A stretch of 64,000 bases of DNA from Candidatus Marinacidobacterium sp. (GTDB lineage Bacteria > Acidobacteriota > Vicinamibacteria > Marinacidobacterales > Marinacidobacteraceae): NCBI GenBank assembly GCA_965262645.1, contig CBDHFO010000017.1:2616582-2680581 (forward strand), written 5' to 3'. Within the stretch, counting starts at the first letter, position 1. Every line of letters starts with the position of its first letter. Under the pieces are notes generated by a model, which saw only the letters and a program-made list of their open reading frames with translations, did not search any database and was not told where the DNA came from. Positions 9,950 to 18,879 of the stretch are shown piece by piece. The position numbers were made by a program, and so were the translations under genes.

Positions 9950-10064
9950 GGCAGACAAGGACCCGACTGCGGGGGGGATGGTTCGGCTTCGGCCGGGGCT
10001 TGCCAAGTCACGCATGAAAACCCCCTATGATGCCGGCGGTTACCCACAACCTGGAGGTGGCACC

Positions 10065-11276
10065 ATGGACGTTACGCGCCGCGAGTTCATTGGCAACGTT
10101 TCCGCTGCTGCCGTCATGACCCGGCCGGGATCGGCGAGCCCGATCGCGGTCGATGACGATCCGCTCGGCGTTCGGGGCGACTTCCCGGTGGTCGAGGAGG
10201 GCGTTTATCTCAACTGCGCGTACATCGCGCCGTCACCGGTCCCCGTGGTGGACGCCGTCCGGGCATTCCTCGACGCGAAGACCCGGAGTCCCCTGAGCCT
10301 GGGAGCCATGGTGGAGGAGGCCGACGCCGTGCGGCGCAAGTTCGCCCGGCTCATCGGCGCTGGCGAACCGGAGATCGGATTGCTCTATTCCACCAGCGAC
10401 GGGGAAAACATCGTGGCCCGGTCGCTCGACCTCGGCCCCGGCGACAACGTCGTGATCGACGATCTTCACTTCCAGACCACCTACGTCCTCTACCAGCACC
10501 TCGCCGAAACCAGGGGAGTCGAGATTCGCGTCGTGCCCTCCCGTGAGGGCGCTGTGTCGATGGAGGCGTTCGCGGAGTCCATCGACGAACGCACCCGGCT
10601 TGTCTCCGTGACCTGGGTCTCCAACCAGAACGGTTACCGTCACGACCTCGCGGCCCTCGCCAGACTGGCCCACGCCCGGGGCACCTACCTGTACGCCGAC
10701 GCGGTCCAGGGGATCGGGATGCTGGATCTGGACGTGAAACAGGCTGGTATCGATTTCCTTGCTACCGGGACCTACAAGTGGTTGCTTGCCGGGCATGGCG
10801 TGGCCCCGATGTATGTCCGGGAAGAACTCCTGGATCTCGTGGCCCCGGATCGCTACGGGCACCTCCACGTAGCGGAGACGCTAGGCGATTACCGCTACCG
10901 GCTCTATGACGACGCCCGAAAGTATGGGTACGCGTCCCTGGCCTTTGAATCGGTCTACCAACTGAGCGCGGCCCTCGATTACCTGCTCCGGATCGGCGTG
11001 AAGGACATCGAGCGGCACACCGTGGGTCTGGCCCACCGCCTCCACGAAGGGCTCACTGCCCGGGGGATGGCCGTTTGGACCCCATCCGGCAACCAGTCCG
11101 CCATCGTCACCTTCGAGCCCGGCCGGGACGTCGAGACGGTTCGGCGCTCCCTCGACGAGGCGCGGATCAAGCTGAGCTTCAGGGACGGCGGTGCGAAGCT
11201 CCGGGCGTCGGTGGCGCTCTTCAACACGGCCGAAGAGATCGACCTGCTGCTGGATGTGGCCAGGGGGTGGGCGTAG
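10065..11276 (+). CDS. class V aminotransferase-fold PLP enzyme (cysteine desulfurase-like), Tat-type signal
   Basis: ATG at 10065 gives MDVTRREFIGNVSAAAVM. Candidate PLP lysine in ATGTYKWLLAG, and C-terminal LRASVALFNTAEEID. Confidence 0.75.
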   Translation: MDVTRREFIGNVSAAAVMTRPGSASPIAVDDDPLGVRGDFPVVEEGVYLNCAYIAPSPVPVVDAVRAFLDAKTRSPLSLGAMVEEADAVRRKFARLIGAGEPEIGLLYSTSDGENIVARSLDLGPGDNVVIDDLHFQTTYVLYQHLAETRGVEIRVVPSREGAVSMEAFAESIDERTRLVSVTWVSNQNGYRHDLAALARLAHARGTYLYADAVQGIGMLDLDVKQAGIDFLATGTYKWLLAGHGVAPMYVREELLDLVAPDRYGHLHVAETLGDYRYRLYDDARKYGYASLAFESVYQLSAALDYLLRIGVKDIERHTVGLAHRLHEGLTARGMAVWTPSGNQSAIVTFEPGRDVETVRRSLDEARIKLSFRDGGAKLRASVALFNTAEEIDLLLDVARGWA

Positions 11277-11688
11277 GAGCAAGGCTCACCACCGACCCCC
11301 TGCCGCCGCCGAAAGACCCTCTCTCCGCCACCACCGACCCCTCCTCGGGTGACAAAGTTGGTGTCGTTTATCCGGGACAAAGTTCGTGTCGTTTGACACG
11401 TGTCATTTCCATGGTGGCCGTCAATGGCAGCCTCCCGAGCCCCACCTGAGACGTGATTTTCGTGGGAACCGAGCACGGTTCCCGCTGGGAAAGAGCCTGG
11501 ATATGTCCTGCGTTCCCAGGGCTCCCCTGACCACTGGATTGAGCCGAAGCAACCCGGTCCGCCCCGGTGCTCATGGGAACCCTCCGACAGCCTCCTGCTC
11601 CGCGCCGCCTCGACCACCCGAATCCGGGCGCGCCGATCAAGCCGCTTCAGGTCGCGAAGCGCGCGATTCGAATAGGACGCGCGTTCGC

Positions 11689-11943
11689 TCAGATGCCCAG
11701 CTCTCTCTTCACCTCGTCCGAGGTATGAGTTCGACCGGCCATGCGATCCGCGATCCCTTCTTCGATCGCCCGCACCGCCTCATCGCTCAGCTCGTCCCCG
11801 TCCAGAGGCAGCGCCGCCACCGGTGTGCGCCCCGGACTTCCGCGCCCGGCCAAGGATTCCAGAACCCTCGCCGCAACGGCGGTTTGCGCATCCGGGAGTC
11901 GATCCACCAGATCGTGGAGCTTTTCTCTGGCCGCCGCTTTCAT
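11689..11943 (-). CDS. small antitoxin-like protein (RelB/ParD-like C-terminus)
   Basis: 84 aa; SDEAVRAIEEGIADRMAGRTHTSDEVKRELGI resembles the tails of type II antitoxins. The downstream frame begins YSNRALRDLKRLD (RelE/ParE-like) but has no clean start or stop. Confidence 0.45.
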   Translation of the reverse strand: MKAAAREKLHDLVDRLPDAQTAVAARVLESLAGRGSPGRTPVAALPLDGDELSDEAVRAIEEGIADRMAGRTHTSDEVKRELGI

Positions 11944-11952
11944 GGGTCGAAT

Positions 11953-13041
11953 CTAGTGTGGCGTCCCGCAAATACGAGTTGCTAGTCGTTCCAGCTTCTC
12001 CAGGATGGATTGTGCGGTGGCGACCCAAACGAAGGGGGTGGAGTTGTGGTTGTATTGGTCGGTGAAAGCCATGATCGTCTGCTTCAACTGGGTGACGCTT
12101 TGGAAACTGCCGCGCTTGATGGCCTGCTGGCTGATGAGTCCGAACCAGCGCTCCACCTGGTTGAGCCAGGAGGCATAGGTCGGGGTGAAGTGGAGGTGGA
12201 AACGAGGTCGGCGGGCCAGCCAGGCGCGGACCTTGGGGTGTTTGTGGGTGGCGTAGTTGTCGACCACCAGGTGGAGGTCAAGATCTCCCGGAGTTTCGCG
12301 GTCAATGAGACGCAGGAAGTCGAGGAACTCCTGATGGCGGTGCCGCTGGCGGCAGCGAGCGATGACCTTTCCGGTGGCGGCATCCAGGGCGGCGAAGAGG
12401 GTGGTGGTGCCGTGGCGGAGGTAGTCGTGGGTGTAGCCCTCGACATAGCCCAGGCCCAGGGGCAAGGCTCGCTGGGTGCGGTTCAAGGCCTGGATCTGGG
12501 ACTTTTCGTCCACGCAGAGGACCATGGCGTTGTCCGGTGGATGGAGGTAGAGCCCCACGATGTCCCGGACTTTCTCGATGAAGAAGGGGTCGGTAGAGAG
12601 CTTGAAGGTCCGGGTCAGGTGCGGCTTGACGCCGAACAGGGTGAACCAGCGCTGCACCGTGCTCTTGGAGACTCCCTGCGCGTCCGCCATGGAGCGCACG
12701 CTCCAATGGGTGGCATTGTCGGGCTCTTCCTGGAGGGCATGGTTGATGAGCGTCGCCACTTTCTCGTCGCTGTAGGTGCGCGGCCGTCCCGGGCGGAGTT
12801 CGTCGTGGAGGCCGGTGACCCCGGCCTCCCGGAAGCGGCGTCGCCACTTCCCCACGACGTTGGGCGTGAGGCCGACGCGTTCCGCCACCGCCTGGTTGGA
12901 GAGGCCTTCGGCGCTCGCGAGAATCAGCCGCGCCCGCTGCACCAGTCCGTGGGGCATGGAGGTGGATCGGGACAGGGCCATCAGTTGGCCTCGCTGTTCC
13001 TCATCGAGGACGAGTGGCGACAGGGGGCGTCCTTTCGGCAT
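11953..13041 (-). CDS. IS630-family transposase
   Basis: ATG at 13041 follows [22 protein letters not shown]..., an HTH, then the DDE region ([31 protein letters not shown]). The stop TAG is built from the TA target plus one flanking base. Confidence 0.85.
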   Translation of the reverse strand: MPKGRPLSPLVLDEEQRGQLMALSRSTSMPHGLVQRARLILASAEGLSNQAVAERVGLTPNVVGKWRRRFREAGVTGLHDELRPGRPRTYSDEKVATLINHALQEEPDNATHWSVRSMADAQGVSKSTVQRWFTLFGVKPHLTRTFKLSTDPFFIEKVRDIVGLYLHPPDNAMVLCVDEKSQIQALNRTQRALPLGLGYVEGYTHDYLRHGTTTLFAALDAATGKVIARCRQRHRHQEFLDFLRLIDRETPGDLDLHLVVDNYATHKHPKVRAWLARRPRFHLHFTPTYASWLNQVERWFGLISQQAIKRGSFQSVTQLKQTIMAFTDQYNHNSTPFVWVATAQSILEKLERLATRICGTPH

Positions 13042-13095
13042 GGGGACCTCCTGGGAGGACCCCATATTATCATCGCTATTTGCGGGACACCACAC
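11956..13095 (-). mobile_element. IS630-family insertion sequence
   Basis: 19-bp terminal inverted repeats GTGTGG(C/T)GTCCCGCAAATA at both ends. It is flanked by TA at 11954-55 and 13096-97 and contains one transposase ORF. Confidence 0.85.
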
Positions 13096-13097
13096 TA

Positions 13098-13535
13098 GCA
13101 GCCTGTGGCAAAACCCACGCGGCGTTCGACCGGCGATCCATCCCGGCCAAACAGCCGGTAGTGAAACCCACGCGGCGTTCGGCCGGCGATCCATCCCGGC
13201 TGAACCGCGCCGCTCCGCGCCGCTCATCGTTGCGTTTCGGTCGGAATACACACGGGCCAGTTCTCCCGGTGGGGGCTCCGCCCTCACGCGCCTTGTCAGC
13301 CGGGCGCCTCGCCCCCACCGGGAGGACTGGCCAGCCTCGGCGCTCGCGTGGGTTCCACCACCGGCTGTTCACCACTCCGCTTCGCTGCGTTCTTCGTTGC
13401 GTTTCGGTCGAAATACACACGGGCCAGTTCTCCCGGTGGGGGCTCCGCCCTCATGCGCCTTGTCAGCCGGGCGCCTCGCCCCCACCGGGAGGACTGGCCA
13501 GCCTCGGCGCTCACGTGGGTTTCACCACAGGCTGC
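13098..13535. mobile_element. MITE doublet (one full copy at about 13151-13369 inside or beside a second copy)
   Basis: Ends are GCAGCCTGTGGCAAAACCC ... GGGTTTCACCACAGGCTGC. An internal full copy runs ACAGCCGGTAGTGAAACCC ... GGGTTCCACCACCGGCTGT. Each copy carries a long internal hairpin CCAGTTCTCCCGGTGGGGG / CCCCCACCGGGAGGACTGG. Confidence 0.7.
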
Positions 13536-13987
13536 TAACCCTTCGCCCGGAGCTTGGCCGCGATGAACGCCGGATGCTCGACGTGCAGCAGCGTTGCTAC
13601 CTGGCGGATGACGTGCTCTTCCTCCCCGGCGAGCCACCCGTCCGCGAAGGCGACGCGGAACAGCAACTCGATGATCGTCGCCTTGTGCTCCTTCGCGAGG
13701 CTCCGGTCCACCAGCCGGGTGAACTCGTAGAGCGAGACCGCCTCGGTGGACCGCCGGCCGGCTACCGCGACGATCTCGGCCGTCTCTTCCGGCGTCAGTG
13801 CGAAGGCCGATTCGAGGCTCCGGACGATCTCCTGCTTCTCGCGCTCGTCCACGTCGTGATCGGCCGCCGAAACTTCGACAAGCAGCACCGCGGTCGCGAT
13901 CTGGACGTCCCGCGGTGAGGGCGGCGGGGGAGGGGAGTGCTCGGGGCGGGGCCGCCCGCCCTTTACGAGATCGCTGATCCAGCCCAT
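13535..13987 (-). CDS. TerB-family (tellurite-resistance-like) protein
   Basis: 150 aa with two ADG-type repeats (LLVEVSAADHDVDEREKQ, LLFRVAFADGWLAGEEEHVI). The stop TAG is formed by the TA target plus the last MITE base. Confidence 0.65.
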   Translation of the reverse strand: MGWISDLVKGGRPRPEHSPPPPPSPRDVQIATAVLLVEVSAADHDVDEREKQEIVRSLESAFALTPEETAEIVAVAGRRSTEAVSLYEFTRLVDRSLAKEHKATIIELLFRVAFADGWLAGEEEHVIRQVATLLHVEHPAFIAAKLRAKG

Positions 13988-13997
13988 TCAAATCCTC

Positions 13998-14234
13998 CTA
14001 CCTGCGGCGGGGATCCGCGCGGCGGCCGCGCCTGACCCACTCCGCCGGATCCTCGTCCCACTCGTGTCCGTGATCCGGAATGCTTCCCGCCGCTTTCTCG
14101 ATCAGATCCCAGCGGTTTTGGTGTTCGACAGCGGCGCGCACGGCTTTCCGGATGAATGCGCTGCGTCTTCCCGGCCCGGCGATGGCGTCCACTCGCGCGA
14201 TCGACTCGTCCTCGACATGAACATGCAAACGCAT
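13998..14234 (-). CDS. ribbon-helix-helix (CopG/VapB-like) protein
   Basis: 78 aa; MRLHVHVEDESIARVDAIAGPGRRSAFIRKAVRAAV fits a beta-strand/helix-helix RHH N-terminus. Confidence 0.55.
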   Translation of the reverse strand: MRLHVHVEDESIARVDAIAGPGRRSAFIRKAVRAAVEHQNRWDLIEKAAGSIPDHGHEWDEDPAEWVRRGRRADPRRR

Positions 14235-14297
14235 GTTTCAACGATAGCCCACGCCGACCGCGATGACCATGAGATTCCGGGAAGAAAGGATCAGGAC

Positions 14298-15878
14298 CTA
14301 CGCGACCACCGCCGGGCGCCGCGAGCGCCACACCCAGAGCCCGAAGGCGCCGAGGCCGAAGAACATGACGAGGAGAGTGACCATCCCGCCGATGACCGGA
14401 ACTTCCACGGCCAACACGAGAATCCCGAGACCCAGCGCGATCCGACCGATCCGCTGGACGTTCGTGGAAGCCAGCCCGAGGATCGCCTGGCCGATCACCA
14501 TCGCCGCCACCACCCGCGCGGCGAAGAGCAGGAAGAGGTAGAGCGCTCCGACCGCGAAGGCGATCGGCAGCCCGATGAACGTGATCGCGAACAGGATCGC
14601 CGCGAAGGGGAGCCCCACGAACAGCAACAAGCCGAGCAGCAGCGGGGCGACGGGCCTCCCCCCGATGGCGGCCATCGCGCCGAGCGGCCCGGAGGCGAGC
14701 AGCACGAGAACGAGCCCGAGCGCAATTCCCATCCCCCAGCGGGTCAAGAGGCTCATGGCGGTGTCCCAGGCGCTCTCCTCTTCCGGTTCCGGTTCGGACC
14801 ACTCCACCGCGGACGCTCCCGGCTCGCGTTCGGGTTCCGACGGTCCGGTGTAGTTGGCCGATCCGCCGATCCTGGCCCCGGATCCGAGATGGAGTTCCTC
14901 CCCGTGGTACTTGAGGTTCCCTTCGATGGCCGCATCCACCTCCAGTCGGCCTCCGGCGGCGAGCACGGAACCACCGACGGGTCCAGCGACGGTGAGCCGA
15001 TCACCGGCCGCCATTACGCTGCCCCCCACCGAAGCTCCGGGGAGGATCGAGATCTGTTCCCCCGCGGCGGCAAGGCCGCGACCCAGCTCCCCGGCGACCC
15101 GGACCGTCTGGGCCGCGCCCCGCAGGCTGAGTCCGACGCTTCCGTCAATCGTCAGGTCGTTTCCGAGGCCGAACACGTCACCGTCCACCCGCCCGCTGAC
15201 GACGAGGGAGCGGCCGGCGAAGTAGAGATCCCCGTGCACCGTGCCCTGGATGACTGCTTCCTCGCACAGGAGCAGCAGGTCGTCGTTCACCACCTGCTCC
15301 GGGGCGACCCGGCATCCCGCGCCGTCCCCGGTGACGACCTCGAGGGCCTCGGCGGGGGCGCTGAGGGCGCCGAAAGTGGGAAGCAGCGCCGCCAGCAGCA
15401 GCGGCAGGACGCCGGCGCGGGAGCGGCGAATGGCGTTCGAGGCCAGGGCAATACCGAAGAGGGTCATGATGACGATGCCTCCGTAGGCAATCTGAAGTCC
15501 GAGCTGTTGGACGTCCAGCAGGGAGAGAAGGCGGAAACCGAGATCCGAGAGCACGGGAAGGGCGTCCGGCATCGGCGTCTCAGCCGCCGCTTCCTCGATT
15601 CCCAGGAAGGCCCGGCGCAAGGCGACGAGTCCCAGCGAGAGGACGAGGCCGGCGGCGACGACCCAGCCGAGTTCGTGGGAGACCTCGGGCCGTGAGGCCG
15701 TCTCCGGGGCGGCGGCCGCCCGCAGGACGTCGCTTTCGCGGCGGAGGCCTTCGTAGAGCCGGTGGCAGGGAAAGCAGCGGGTCACGTGGGAGCGCGCCGC
15801 GGCCGCCTCGGGGCGGGGCAGCTCTTCGTCCAGCAGGGCGAGGAGCTGGAGTTCCGAGAAGTGCTCGACGGTGGCCAT
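14298..15878 (-). CDS. membrane anti-sigma factor with bactofilin-like (polymer-forming) repeat domain
   Basis: Start overlaps the sigma gene stop (ATGA). zf-HC2-like HVTRCFPCHRLY, TM segments, repeated GDVxxxG/LxIxG beta-helix motifs and a C-terminal multi-TM block. Confidence 0.7.
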   Translation of the reverse strand: MATVEHFSELQLLALLDEELPRPEAAAARSHVTRCFPCHRLYEGLRRESDVLRAAAAPETASRPEVSHELGWVVAAGLVLSLGLVALRRAFLGIEEAAAETPMPDALPVLSDLGFRLLSLLDVQQLGLQIAYGGIVIMTLFGIALASNAIRRSRAGVLPLLLAALLPTFGALSAPAEALEVVTGDGAGCRVAPEQVVNDDLLLLCEEAVIQGTVHGDLYFAGRSLVVSGRVDGDVFGLGNDLTIDGSVGLSLRGAAQTVRVAGELGRGLAAAGEQISILPGASVGGSVMAAGDRLTVAGPVGGSVLAAGGRLEVDAAIEGNLKYHGEELHLGSGARIGGSANYTGPSEPEREPGASAVEWSEPEPEEESAWDTAMSLLTRWGMGIALGLVLVLLASGPLGAMAAIGGRPVAPLLLGLLLFVGLPFAAILFAITFIGLPIAFAVGALYLFLLFAARVVAAMVIGQAILGLASTNVQRIGRIALGLGILVLAVEVPVIGGMVTLLVMFFGLGAFGLWVWRSRRPAVVA

Positions 15879-16504
15879 CAGACGACGTCCTCTCCGGCGA
15901 TTCCCTCTCCGGCGAGTTGGTCCCGCATCCGGCGCCGCCCGCGGAGCAGGAGTACCCCCACGTTCGTGCGGGTGATCCCGAGGGTGTCGGCGATCTCCTG
16001 GTAGCTGAGCCCCGCGCCGTAGCGCAGGGTGAGCGCGAAGCGCTGTCGGAGCGGCAGCCCGGAGAGCGCCTCGCGGACCCGCTCGCGGCGTTCGGCGGTG
16101 ATCAGCCGGTCGAGCGGGCTCGGAGAATCGGACGCCAGTTGGGTCGCGCCTTCGTCGTCCAGGGGTTCGGAGCGGCGGTTCTTGCGCGCCTCGTCCCAGC
16201 ACCGATTGGCCGCAATCCGGAACAGCCAGGGCCCCAGGGGGCGCGAAGCGTCGAAGGAATCCAACCGGAAGCGGGTCTTCATCATGATCTCGCCGGCGAG
16301 GTCCTCGCCCGAGTCGCCGGGCAGCGTTCGGCGGCAAAACGCGAGCACCTGGGGATGGAAGTGCTCGTAGAGGGCGCCCCAGGCGTCCTGGGCGGCAGCC
16401 TGGTCAGCATCCTCTCCGCCGGCCGGCCTCTGCCGGTCGGCTTCCTGGCATACGCGGACAAGCCTCGTGATTTCCTGATCGTGGAGCATCCCTCCGTTTG
16501 TCAT
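15878..16504 (-). CDS. ECF-type RNA polymerase sigma-70 factor
   Basis: Region 2 (EDLAGEIMMKTRF, PWLFRIAANRCWD) and region 4 HTH (LSYQEIADTLGITRTNVGVLLLRGRRRM). Confidence 0.85.
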   Translation of the reverse strand: MTNGGMLHDQEITRLVRVCQEADRQRPAGGEDADQAAAQDAWGALYEHFHPQVLAFCRRTLPGDSGEDLAGEIMMKTRFRLDSFDASRPLGPWLFRIAANRCWDEARKNRRSEPLDDEGATQLASDSPSPLDRLITAERRERVREALSGLPLRQRFALTLRYGAGLSYQEIADTLGITRTNVGVLLLRGRRRMRDQLAGEGIAGEDVV

Positions 16505-16530
16505 ACGTCCTGGCTGCCCTGGAAGTTACA
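16503..16530 (-). promoter_or_regulatory. possible ECF-type promoter (TGTAAC-N17-CGTAT)
   Basis: On the minus strand TGTAAC (16530-16525), a 17-nt spacer, then CGTAT (16507-16503) overlapping the first ATG. This would favour the downstream Met (16489) as the start codon. Confidence 0.25.
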
Positions 16531-16714
16531 GCGCGGGCGGACAGCCGAGCCCTCCCGATTGTGACCCTGCTTCCGCGTCGGGGCAGGTTTCCCGGTTGCG
16601 CGTTCTTCCGGGACGTTTCGCCGTCCGCTGCGCCCTGACCCTGGCGCCCTTCTTGGCGCCCGTCCTGGCGCCCGTCCTGGTGGAGGCCGGGGAGACGCGC
16701 CCGAAACGGGCGAA

Positions 16715-17461
16715 TCAGCGACCCTGAAGCGCGAAATCGGCCCAGACGCCGAAGTGGTCGGACACCCGCTCGCTCCGGTCGTTTCGCTCGGGCCAGATTC
16801 CGATTGGCCCCGTGCGCCTCAGATCCGGCGTGTGGGTGATGTGGTCAATGGCCAGCCTCGGCGCACTGGGAATTTCCCCTTTCGTCGAGATTTCCAGGCC
16901 ATCAAAGGCCCGGCGCAGTTTCTTTTTTCTGGGTGCCCGCACCCGGCGCATGTCCCGCGGAAGCTTTTGATTGAAGTCTCCCAAGACGACCATGCGGTCC
17001 GTAGTGCGCCGCCAGGGAAGCCCTTCGAATGCCTCCAGCCAAGCATGATGGTCCTGCCAATCCGTCCGGCCAAACCTGGCGCGGGCTCCCTTCCAGGGAA
17101 TGCAGGCGCCGATGACGGTCAGAGCCCCGATGGGTGTTTCGGTGACGCCCCTGACGAACCGGCCGCTGGGAAAGTCCGGGGACCCAAGGCAATCCACCTC
17201 GGTCCATGGGGATCGGCTCCAGAGTAGTACTTTCCTGTGGTCTTCGCGCTGCGCGGGGATGCCCCAGTTCCGGCCAGCATCAATGATGTGGTCTTCCCCC
17301 GGCAGCAGACCTGCCGATCCTTCGGTGACGCACAGGATGTCGCAGCCGGGGGCGGCGAGGGAGGTGCTGACGCTAACGCCCTTGGCGCTGCCGGGCACGG
17401 CCCACTTGACGTTCCAGGTGCCGAGACGGACGGTGGCCGGTTCGGTGATCTTCGCCAACAT
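16715..17461 (-). CDS. endonuclease/exonuclease/phosphatase (EEP) family protein, copy 1
   Basis: 248 aa; LGTWNVKW, DILCVTE, VVLGDFN, IDHITHT, SDHFGVWADF. Confidence 0.75.
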   Translation of the reverse strand: MLAKITEPATVRLGTWNVKWAVPGSAKGVSVSTSLAAPGCDILCVTEGSAGLLPGEDHIIDAGRNWGIPAQREDHRKVLLWSRSPWTEVDCLGSPDFPSGRFVRGVTETPIGALTVIGACIPWKGARARFGRTDWQDHHAWLEAFEGLPWRRTTDRMVVLGDFNQKLPRDMRRVRAPRKKKLRRAFDGLEISTKGEIPSAPRLAIDHITHTPDLRRTGPIGIWPERNDRSERVSDHFGVWADFALQGR

Positions 17462-17661
17462 TGAGAACCGCCGAGTCTACCCGCCACGAAGTGAGCGGTC
17501 GTCGGCGCCCGGCCGGCCACGTTTTGAGGGAGGTTCGCCGTGGCCTCATCGCTCCGAGTTTTCCCCAAGCGTCCACCCGCTGAGCAGGAAAACGTCCGAT
17601 TCTCGTCTTTGGGTAGAGAAGGCAAGGAGCCATCCGCCCCGAAGGGCCTGGAGAACGCGGT

Positions 17662-17901
17662 ATGAGTCCGACCACGGAATCCGCCCGCGGAAGCGGCCGG
17701 GTACCCGCTCCATCCGCCTCGTCGAGCGGGAAACCCTCGGCGGAGTCCTCGCCGAAGCTACGCCGCGAGCTTCTTCGCCTGCTGCATTCGATAGTGAAGA
17801 TTCCGGAGCGTGCCCATACTGTCAATGAGGCAATCATGTCTGCGGCCGGAGAGAGCGTGATTCTCCAGCTTCGCTCCCGGGTAGACGTTCTCAGTTCCCG
17901 C
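17662..17901 (+). pseudogene. 5' remnant of coiled-coil membrane protein gene (paralog of 18880-19359)
   Basis: MSPTTES...RRELLRLLHSIV..ERAHTVNEAIMSAAGESVILQLRSRVDVLSSR parallels the intact copy, then breaks at the duplication junction (17902). The 338-aa ORF in the track runs on antisense to the EEP gene. Confidence 0.5.
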
Positions 17902-17925
17902 GGAGACGCGCCCGAAACGGGCGAA

Positions 17926-18672
17926 TCAGCGACCCTGAAGCGCGAAATCGGCCCAGACGCCGAAGTGGTCGGACATGGGCTCGTTCTGGTCGTTTCGCTG
18001 GGGCCAGACGCCGATGGGGCCCGTCCGCTTCAGATCCTGCGTGTGCGCGATGTGGTCGATGGCCCGTCCCCGCGCACCGGGGAGGTCCCCGGCGGTTCCG
18101 ATCTCCAATCCCTCGAAAGCGCGGAGCAGCGCCTGGTGGACCCTCCGGGGTGTCCGAGCCCGCGGAATCGGCTGATTGAAGTCTCCCAGGACGACGGTGC
18201 GCCGCGCGGCGCTCCGATACGGGAGCCCTTCGAACGCCTCAAGCCAACGTTGGTGGTCCTGCCAGCGCGCCCGGTCTTTTCGGCCGGTGCCGACGTGAGC
18301 CCCGTCCCAGGGAATGCAAACGCCGACGACGGCGAGCGGACCGCCGGCGGTCTCGGTGACGCCCTTGACGAAGCGCCCGCCCGGGAGATCCTCCGAACCG
18401 AGGGAATCCACCTCGGTCCACGGCGATCGGCTCCAGAGAACTACCTTCCGGCGACCTTCGCGCGGCAGGGAATATCCCCAGTCGGTGCCGGCATCGATGA
18501 TGTGGCCTTCCCCGGGAACGAGACCTGCCGATCCTTCCGTGACGCACAGGACGTCGCAGCCGGGGTCGGCGAGCGAGGTGCTGACGCGACCGCCCCTGGC
18601 GCTGCCGGGAACGGCCCACTGGGTGTTCCAGGTGCCGAGGCGGACGCTGGCCGGTTCGGTGATCTTCGTCAT
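17926..18672 (-). CDS. endonuclease/exonuclease/phosphatase (EEP) family protein, copy 2
   Basis: 248 aa, colinear with copy 1 (LGTWNTQW, DVLCVTE, VVLGDFN, IDHIAHT, SDHFGVWADF). Confidence 0.75.
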   Translation of the reverse strand: MTKITEPASVRLGTWNTQWAVPGSARGGRVSTSLADPGCDVLCVTEGSAGLVPGEGHIIDAGTDWGYSLPREGRRKVVLWSRSPWTEVDSLGSEDLPGGRFVKGVTETAGGPLAVVGVCIPWDGAHVGTGRKDRARWQDHQRWLEAFEGLPYRSAARRTVVLGDFNQPIPRARTPRRVHQALLRAFEGLEIGTAGDLPGARGRAIDHIAHTQDLKRTGPIGVWPQRNDQNEPMSDHFGVWADFALQGR

Positions 18673-18879
18673 CGTTGAGAGCCGCGGAGCCTATCGGGCC
18701 ATGAAGCGATCGGTTATGGCGCCGGGGCCGCCGCACAGTCTTCAACGAGGTTCGGGGTGCTCTCTTCGCTTCGAGTTTTCCACAAAGGCTCGCGCCGCGC
18801 GAAGAAAGTAGTCCGATTCTCGTCTGTGCGTAGAGGGGCGGGTGGAATCGCCCGACCCGAACGCACTGGAGAACGCTGC

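Noticed and set aside
9747-10064. N-terminal 106-aa extension of the aminotransferase ORF
   Set aside because: The extension is translated from the hairpin/REP-rich spacer. A Tat-like signal begins at the ATG at 10065.
13042-13287. N-terminal extension of the IS630 transposase ORF
   Set aside because: It reads out through the IS terminal repeat into the neighbouring MITE. The ATG at 13041 has a strong AGGAGG 5 nt upstream.
17902-18678. Remainder of the 338-aa ORF 17662-18678
   Set aside because: After the duplication junction the frame runs antisense to the second EEP gene. Only the first 80 or so codons are homologous to the intact paralog.
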